Source of the DNA: Eledone cirrhosa
Taxonomy: Eukaryota
Reading direction: 5' to 3'
Length of the DNA: 64,000 bases
Assembly (NCBI GenBank): GCA_964016885.1
Contig: OZ024744.1
Coordinates: 6,324,001-6,388,000 of the forward strand
Under the pieces are notes generated by a model, which was given only the letters and a program-made list of their open reading frames with translations, was not told where the DNA came from and searched no databases. Shown here one piece after another: positions 55,161 through 64,000 of the stretch; position 1 is the stretch's first letter, and each line of letters starts with the position of its first letter. A program made the position numbers and the translations under genes.

Positions 55161-55801
55161 TTAGAAACACACAGATACATGCGGACGCACACATATATAC
55201 ATGAACGCATCCGCACCCAACTGTGAGTTAAGGGTGCCAACTTCACCGATGTTGCTCAATGAATGACTGGGACAGACCAATTCAGTTTGAACTAGACTGA
55301 ACCAGTATCAGAGTTAAAAATACATTATGAGGAGAGAAGAAACATTTAGATATAATTAGTAATAAAATGTATCATACCTAAACTGTTCCTAAATTCCTCG
55401 ACTACGTAGTTTCGTGGCATAAACAAAAACAATATATCAAAGATATAGAGTCCTTGCGAGGTCTGCCGACTTATCAAGAGGATACCTCATTTTACTAGTC
55501 TCAAGAACGCGTCTACACGACGTGAGAAAGAATCCCAAAAGGCGGAGGGGGAGATAGTCACGCGATATAACGGTCGAGAAACAGAGCTAAGCCTCTTATA
55601 ACCACGAAGAAAATACCACGGAGGCGGAGGGGGTATTCATATCGAGGCCGTAGAAGAGGTAGTGAAGAAGGCGAGAAGTATGAGTAATGGAAGCTTTCCA
55701 GTTATCCCCACACCTCAAAGATTGCTCGACCAGAGGGAGTTATTAATATATTTAGAAACACACAGATACATGCGGACGCACACATATATACATGAACGCA
55801 T
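55155..55801. repeat. 56-bp direct repeats (55155-55210, 55746-55801) flanking a 535-bp insert
   Basis: Both copies read ATATATTTAGAAACACACAGATACATGCGGACGCACACATATATACATGAACGCAT. Confidence 0.9.
55395..55482 (-). ncRNA. Type I hammerhead candidate, U3-A8 variant, extended stem II
   Basis: Minus strand TCCTC-TTGATAA-GT(C)GGCA...TGCCAC-GAAAC-TACGTA-GTC-GAGGA; 5-bp stem I; palindromic ACTACGTAGT. Confidence 0.7.
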
Positions 55802-55819
55802 ATATATATATATATATGA

Positions 55820-58025
55820 GTGGATCTTGCTTAAACTCCACAACGAGAACACCGACACTAACAAACAGACAGACCAGTACCACGTGTTAAAAAACAACGT
55901 AACAACCGTCACCACTACATCCACCAACACCGAGCCATACCTCAACGATGCGACGCACCTAGCCACCGACCTAACCGGCACTCTCACGAACGACGAGCTG
56001 AAACTCTTACACCTCGGACCCAAGTTCATCGTCTCACAACGACTCAACGACAGACTCAAACTCAACATCGAAGCCACCTTCTGTCGAGCCGCTTACCAAC
56101 TTAAATGGGTGACCGCCATCAACAGCGCCACGTAAAATAACAAAGCCCACGCAACCCACCCCAAGTTCCCCACTTACCACCCCGACAACTCACTCCATCC
56201 CCCACCCACCAACCACGAACTCGACACTAAACTCATCAGGCTAAAACACTCCATCTCGGATATACTTCACAAACACACACACACACACACACGCACAACA
56301 CATAACCTCACCAAATCTCAACTCACCACCCTCTCCAACCTGAAATCAAAGGACCTCATCTATCTCCCCTCCGACAAGGGAAAAGAATTCTGCGTCATCA
56401 GCAGAGAGGCTACAACACCCTGGCCCTCCAACACCTTGACAATGACAACCTATACTCCAAGGTCACGGGAATCCCTCCCGCGCAGATAGAAGAGCACATC
56501 AACACCGCCTGGACCAACATCTGCGACAGGCGGAAGCTCCCGAAGAAGCTGAGATACAACCTCCTCACGAGGAACAGCAGACTACTCGCCTTCTACCACC
56601 TCGTTAAAACACACAAACAGGGACCCGACCTGAAGATCAGGTCCATTGTATCGAGCGTGGAAGGACCGCTCTACTAAATGTCATGGCTCCTAGTCAGAAT
56701 ACTCAAACCCATCCTAGACACCTTGCCGGGACACGTAAACAGCTCCGAGGAGGTGTTGGAGCGCCTGCATCAAATGGATCCCGACACCAGAAAGGCTAAC
56801 AGATATGCCTTCAGCCTTGATGTGGTCGCTCTTTACACCTCGGTCCCGGCGCTCCCGGCCGTTGATATACTGATGGAACGCGTCTAATCCACCGACCTAC
56901 ACTGCTTCGGGCTCACCACCACTGACAACCACCAACTCCTATCCGTCGTCGTTGACAACACATACGTCGGATTTCTCGACCAAACATACCAGCAAACCTC
57001 GGGGCTGTGCATGGGCTCAAGCCTGTCGGGTGTGCTAGCGATCTCATACATGAACAACCTCGAGCGCAAGGCACTCAACACCTGCCACCCCAACGCCGTT
57101 GCCTTTTTCTCAAGGTACGTGGATGACATCCTCATCCTCACATCTTCCCAAGACATGGCGAACCGAATCTATGAGACGTTCAACAACACGGACGAGAACA
57201 TTGATTTCAGTGTTGAACACCCCAGCGACGCCGAGTCACTTGCCCTCCTCGACTTTCGAATCAACATCACAGAGCAGGGAGGGATCAACACCAACTTCTC
57301 CCGCAAGGCAGCCTGCAGGGACTTGTTCGTCCAATACTAGTCTGCCCTCCCTAACAGTGCTAAATGACAGTCCTAAATCACGAACGAGATCACGCGAATT
57401 AAAAACAGATGCAGCGATCCCGCGAGTGGTGTCACCCATACCAAGCGATTCCTCAAAGTGTTGGAGACGAAGGGGTACCCTGCCTCGCTCACAAACAGAG
57501 TGAGAGACACCAGTCGCAAGAGGCAGAGAAACACCCAAGGCAAGTGCTTCCTTAAAATACACCTGGGCGAGAATACCACCAATGCTATCCGCAAGGCTAT
57601 ATGGAGAGAGGGCCTCCACATCCACCTGGCCCACTCGGTCCCTTCCTGCGAAGATGCCTCTCCAGGAAACCCGGGAAATGACTGACGCGTGTTCTCTCAA
57701 AAACTGTCCGATGCGCCATACGTACTGTTGCTTACGCACATACGTCGTGTATAAGGTAGAATGTGACAAGTGCAACCACTACTATATAGGTAGCACAATC
57801 CGACCGCTACACATCCAGATCAAGGAGCATATCAACACCAGGGCCTCGTCTTTCCGGAAACACATAACCAAATGCGGAAACAAAGACGGAAGGCCCATTG
57901 TCACAGTGCTAGCGACAGAACGCAACGTCGGCACGTTACAAATCAAGGAAGCACTTTGGATCAAATGTCTAGGGCCACACATAAATAACCGATCCGAGAG
58001 AAGCGAAATGAGGTGGTTGGTGTAA
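55820..58025 (+). mobile_element. Decayed Penelope-like element (second family)
   Basis: LGPKF, PSDKG, KTHK, FSLDVVALYTSVP, MGSSLS, RYVDD, LLDF, VVYKVECDKCNHYYIGST..R..EH, KEA, INNR. Stops and frameshifts. Confidence 0.88.
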
Positions 58026-58039
58026 ACAAACGAGACAAC

Positions 58040-58106
<67 letters not shown>

Positions 58107-58724
58107 GCATTCGAACGACTGTTATTGTCTGTGCAGCACCGCCACGATCCACCGACCCGGCAGACTACTAAAACCATACGAATATACTACACTGCTAGTA
58201 CCAAAAACCAGCACAAATAAATAGTACAATGGATTGACAGCTAACGCCATCCCACTCCCACAATTAAAAGAACTGCTTCGACCATCGACATTTGCTTGAC
58301 CGCACTTATTCCGCGCGCACGTGCGCTCTGCAGAATACCTCAGTTAGTCACAAACAGCGAAGAGCAGAGGACACGTACCGTTCCTCTCCGACAGATACCC
58401 CCCCCCCCCGTAAAACCCCATGGATGCGAATCCGAAATATAGGGACAATTAAATTTTTCCCAAGGTAACTCTATCTCGTGTTATTATTTTTATTTTTTAC
58501 GCTCTTTCCTACGTTTCTCTACACATTATACATCTCATTCTACATTACCTTACATCTCTCTCTTCACCACTGGATCCTGTTACCCGGAGATTTACCCATC
58601 TGCATTGTTGAGGCTTCCAAAACGACCAAAATAGAATAAATATTATATATATATATTGGAAAAGACAGTGAGGTTCTATACATAACAGTCTATAGAGAAA
58701 AGGTGGAATTGGAAATAGCACGGA

Positions 58725-60072
58725 AAATAAACACAGAGCTCTGGTTAGAAACTCTTAATAACAAAAAACAAATCGTCCATTCCCATTATGCCAAACCCAT
58801 AATTTAGAAATATCTGATCCACCGAAACTCAGCTGTTTCGGATCACACCAAAATCAACATACTGATTGCGGATTTAGTACGGGTGATGAGGAACGTGTCC
58901 CGCATGTGTAACCCCAAAGAAGTAGAGATACACACACAACACTTCACCCACCGTATGCAGTTCTCTGGTTACAATCAGAGAGATAAAATTAGAGTATATA
59001 GAGGAGCCAGAACCAAGTGGGAGAAATGGTAAATAATGATACAAATGGGACCTGCTCCTTGTACAGGAGCAAATTTTGGAATAGAATAGAAAGAACTAGG
59101 AAAACGATTAATAGAATAAACTCATGGTATGATAGCAATAAATACCAGAGTGTAATGTTCATCGATAGAACCCCTAGAGGTGAACTAGCTTACAAATTTA
59201 GAAGGGCTCTAAATAAACTTAAACTAAATATTAAGATAGTGAAAAGACAAGGTACCTCCATAAAAACACTTATTAGTAATACATACCCTTTTCAAAGACC
59301 TCCCTGTATAGATAAGAAATGCATAATCTGTAAACTAAGACGCCATATTAACTGCAAAACTAGAAACATAATATATTACAATGTAAAGATAAGAATATAA
59401 TGTACATAGGTGAGACAGCTCGTAGTATAGGAGAACGATTAAATGAACACTGGCGAGAGCTTCAAGATAGAAAAGACTCATCAGTACTCCACCAACATGC
59501 TAAAGTAGAACATAAGGGCAAATTAGAGAACATAGAAATAAAAATAAAATATACACACAGAAAAGATGCAATGTTTAGACAAATCACAGAGGCAATAAAC
59601 ATAAATGAACTCCAACCAAAATTAAATAGAACACCTGAAATGAATAGCAACATCACAACTTACAATTAAGGACAAAATGAAAACACACACGCACATAGAA
59701 CAAACAACCAACCAGTAACATGTAAATAAACAAATAAATAAAGAAATAAAAACACACAGAGACACTCGGATGTAACATGCGCAAACTAAGCACACAACAC
59801 ACACAAAAAAAGATGGCGTAGGACAGAACAAAGGAGATGCACAAAACAAAGAAAAGAATCCCCAGTCACTGATGAGGTCACAGAATATGTGACGAAAGAA
59901 CTTTGACAATATATGAACAACCGTTCGGTTATAGAACCAACCAACCAACCGGAAATTTATGAAATTCTTAAATTTATAAATTTAATTTATAATAAATTGA
60001 GTGAAAGCAACTGGTGCGTGTGTTTATTATTGGCAACATGAGCCTCCCAAAGCATAACAATATATATATATA
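58725..60072 (+). mobile_element. 5'-truncated Penelope-like element related to the 50.3-55.1 kb element
   Basis: TELW..QIVHSHYAKP..ILIADLVRVMRNVS..RMQFSGYNQRD and YIGETARS are homologous to ORF 52207; ends ATGAGCCTCCCAAAGCATAACAAT(AT)n. Confidence 0.88.
59865..59907 (+). ncRNA. Minimal type I hammerhead candidate in the pLTR
   Basis: GTCA-CTGATGA-G-GTCACA(GAATA)TGTGAC-GAAA-GAAC-TT-TGAC. Confidence 0.65.
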
Positions 60073-60565
60073 TAATTAATACAATAACAGAGATAGTTTA
60101 AAGCTAATCTCTGACTGGTAACCATCTCACTCAACAAACATTAGGTTATATTTTAATATAAACCCAATTTAAGTGTTTGGGGTGCTAACAATATGTATTA
60201 TGTGGAAAAGCCAGTTGTATGATTTTATGAGATATAATTAAAGTTAAAATATATCTCTCTTTCCAAACAATTGTTTCATTATAAGTTTTCTACAAATTCG
60301 GAGAATATTTCCAGTTTATGTTCATGTAAGAATATATTTAGGTGGGCGTTTATAAATCATCAGTGGAAGCCCATTAAACTTTGATATAAGAAAAACATTT
60401 CTTACCACAGTTAAAAATCGTGTCTGTTAAGTTACTCCTTCCCGCATCGAATGACCGGCAAATTTGAAATTCCAGCAGTTTTTGCCTGAGGAAGTATTAT
60501 AGCGTCACTAAGCGGGAAGGGGAGACAACTACGATCCACGAAAGGAGGAAAAAAAAAATAATATA

Positions 60566-60948
60566 CACGCGGGTTAATCAGTTTTTTCGAAAACATTATC
60601 AATCCAACGTGTTAAGAACTCAATTGAAATTAAAAAAATAAATATATGCGTGTATAAATAACACACGCATATAGATATTTTCTTAGGCTAAAAACAGAGG
60701 TTGTACCTGAATAAGAAACCGCATCTCGTAACCGTAGTAAATACGGAAAGTTATGCTTTAAAGGACAAATGGGAATGTAAATCTCCGGCCGAATTAAGAG
60801 TAAAATATAAAACACACGCGGGTTAATTAGTTATTTCAAAACTAATATCAATTCCACGTGTAAAGAACTCAATTAATAAAATAAATAAATGTATGCATGT
60901 AATTATATACATAGGCATATATATATTTTCTTAGGCTAAAAAACAGAG
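60566..60948. repeat. Diverged direct repeat of about 135 bp (60566 and 60815)
   Basis: CACGCGGGTTAAT..TATCAAT..ACGTGT.AAGAACTCAATT..TATTTTCTTAGGCTAAAAA(A)CAGAG occurs twice. Confidence 0.75.
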
Positions 60949-61102
60949 AAGTTACAACCAACACACTGCACGGCGTGTATATATGCAAATGTATCGATCT
61001 GTCTGTATATGTATATGTGCTTAATCAATAGATTTTAAAGTTGGTTAAGGTCAATTTTTAATTTCTAATTCTTTTATAATTCTTTTATTAATTGTAATAT
61101 TT

Positions 61103-61142
61103 AATATTTGATAAGATGGATTACATCGAAACCGGTATTATT
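61103..61142 (+). ncRNA. Minimal hammerhead candidate, U3-A8 variant
   Basis: AATAT-TTGATAA-GATG(GATTA)CATC-GAAA-CCGG-TA-TTATT; palindromic ACCGGT stem III. Confidence 0.55.
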
Positions 61143-61275
61143 TTATATATATTTATATACTTTATAAAAAAAATGTATATAGTATAATTTTTTCAATAAT
61201 ATAACTTTGACGGGTCAAAGAAGAAATAAAGGAAAACAGATTCTTTAAATATATTTCTGTGCTGTTTCTAACCCT

Positions 61276-61432
<157 letters not shown>

Positions 61433-61689
61433 CAATATATTAGCAAATGGAAACTATATTTATAAAACCGTATTTATTTCATTATACATATTTCAAGGGC
61501 CACCAAGGCAAACTATGGTGCGCTTTCATCAGATAAAATATAATAGAGGTTAGTTTTATAAATAAATATTGACATACCCTGAAAAAATGCAACCATTGTG
61601 GTTGGAATCTCCTGATATATTTTATATTTACTCCAATATTTTGCTTTTGTATCCTAACAAATTAAATATAACCTCTACATATATATATA

Positions 61690-61962
<273 letters not shown>

Positions 61963-62049
61963 GTGTGTGTGCATGTAAGTACGAAGCTATGAGCAAAAGT
62001 ATGTTAATACAAGGCTGTGTATCGGCCTGTATTAGTAGTAAGAGAAACT

Positions 62050-62398
62050 GCTAATGATCAAGAGAAAGCGATAGGAACCTAGGGGTGTGATAATGGACGA
62101 GGTATTAGAGAAATTGGGGAGGTGAGTTGAGTCCAAGAGGGGAATAGGACCCAAGGCGGTGAATCAGTATCCAAACCGAGTCGTATGTCCCTCAAATGTT
62201 CGTCAAAACGGTCCGCCTTACGGCGTCCCGTTTGTCCGATATATAAAGACCCGCAAAGGGGACACCGGAGGGCATAGACAACGTGGGTGGATGTGCAGCT
62301 GAAGGAATGGCGGATACGGAAAGACCCGTTAGGGCGTGTAAGAGTGGTGAGGGTGGAAATAAAGGGACAAGTGTTGCAGCGGGAACGGGAACAATGTA
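62050..62398 (-). mobile_element. Penelope-like (Neptune-type) GIY-YIG remnant
   Basis: Manual translation: CSRSRCNTCPFI...FSCTSTHVVYALRCPLCGSLYIGQTGRRKADRFDEHLRDIR. Confidence 0.85.
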
Positions 62399-62842
62399 AG
62401 GGAGGTAACTTATAATTATCTAAGTTAGCTATAACTATTTAACTTATTAGCTATAAGTAAAAATGGGGCTAGATGACTATGTTGGATCAAATATTCTGTT
62501 GGCGAAGGAATTAGCCCTTCGATGTTGACAGCTAATATTTACCTCCGTTCTATCGTTAATCTATAGAGGTCGTGATAGAGTTATGTAATATGCTTCCGTA
62601 AGACAGAGGTCACAAGAGTTTCTTCGTCCATTGAACGGTTTGGCCCTAGCCAAGATATTCCATGTTAGTGAGTGTTCAATGTTGGTTAATTTAAGGTTTT
62701 TAATGAGCCTAGCTAGAGATGTCGAACATCTGTTGTTAGGGTCTCTTAAAGGGGTTAGAGGTAGAGCCGATATAGGAGCTGGTATGCGAAGCAGTTTTAA
62801 CTGTGCACCTATATACTATATTGGGTGTCAGGCAATGTCCAT

Positions 62843-63196
62843 TTAGTGGTTGATTTTTAGTCTGCTACTTGGAGAGGGAAGTAGGCCACTGCCACCATTA
62901 AGGTTCCCTGTATAGGTTCTGTTACTGCTAAAATTCCGGCGAATCTGGCTATATGCTAAGGTATTTCTGGTTCTAGTGTTAAGTTTATTATGGTTGTGGT
63001 GAAGTGCTGTGTTATGGCATTTAGGTATGTAGTAAATGGACTGTTCATAACCAGATTCAGAAAGAGCCTTATTATAATATGCCGCATGGTTTATAAATAT
63101 CTCATCATTTGCGGATAGCATGGAGATCCTATACGAGATAGATTTGATTATTGCTCTGATGACTTCCGGTGGGTGGTTAGAGTGTAAGTATTTCAC
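62843..63196 (-). mobile_element. Penelope-like RT thumb-region remnant
   Basis: SNHPP..I..SISYRISMLS.N..IF...YYNKAL..SGY. Confidence 0.7.
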
Positions 63197-64000
63197 CTGG
63201 TTTATGATAAACTTATTAATATTATTATTATTAATCTCTACATTCCTTACATCAAACTAAAACTATGTTGATAATCTTTTAATAATGTCTTCCTTCTGAA
63301 ATTTGTGGTCTTATTTTGCTTAACTAATGAATATATATATATATATACACACAGAAATATCCACGGTTAGTTGTGGTGTCTAGTCTGCATGAAAAACTCA
63401 ATGTATTCCATATGTTGAACATGTTGTAGGTTAAAGTGAATCCCGGAAAACAATAAAACATCAAAAGGAAAACAGAGTTATGATATAAGTTAAAACAATG
63501 AAATAAAAATTCATGTCATTAGAAATATACTTCACTGCTTTACGATCGTTTCTAGGTGATAATAATATATCGTACGCATATTTCGTTATCGATATATATA
63601 GGGTTAGTTACAAAATATCGAATAAGGAATATATTTACCTACATGTATATTATCAGCCGTTGTCAAAAGCAATGAAAATTTTATTCAAAATCAATAGTAA
63701 ATTGAGTTCTATGATCTTATTTCGAGGTAGCTGAAGAACAAAGCAATCAAATGGTTTTTTGCCATACGATGTTAAGATGAAATATAACTCACTTTAGTTG
63801 AGGTCATGACCCTTTGAAAGGAATGGTTGAATGGTTGAATGGTGTTAAAAATAGAATTACTATAAAGAACCTATGAAGAAAAGAGATTGTTATGTTGAAA
63901 GTGGAATGTAGATGGTGGAGAGAAGTTTAAAAAGGAATGTAAAAATTAAATGTTGAGTTGTGTTGTATGGAATTTTTAGATGAATATAAATAAGTAAATA

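Noticed and set aside
58412-58446. Hammerhead remnant GGAT-GCGA-ATCC-GAAA-TATA
   Set aside because: The CUGANGA half is missing; at best a decayed copy.
63200-64000. Host gene or exon
   Set aside because: AT-rich sequence with no recognisable coding or structural signal.

Overview
Repeat-saturated eukaryotic (animal) DNA with no recognisable host gene. The SINE and microsatellite content suggests a cephalopod or other marine invertebrate; this is inference. Layout: (1) a 21-kb A/C-rich cryptic satellite of 9-12-mers with an internal 2,940-bp duplication; (2) a 103-bp minisatellite that is an amplified piece of the C-terminal coding sequence of the adjacent decayed RTE-like LINE; (3) a Penelope GIY-YIG remnant, a tRNA-SINE, a 26-bp minisatellite and a hammerhead-ribozyme-like motif; (4) an R4/Dong-like RLE LINE; (5) a head-to-tail array of four Tx1/L1-like LINEs separated by (ATT)n, sharing a 3' tail motif with the SINE and a GGTAAGT at the ORF1 end; (6) a near-complete Penelope-like element with an inverted 5' pLTR, a strand-switch 65-bp array and an Asn-rich insert, followed by more PLE remnants. 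Five type-I hammerhead candidates were found by eye, two with the compensatory U3-A8 core and two with long stem II extensions. All coordinates, folds and alignments were done manually.
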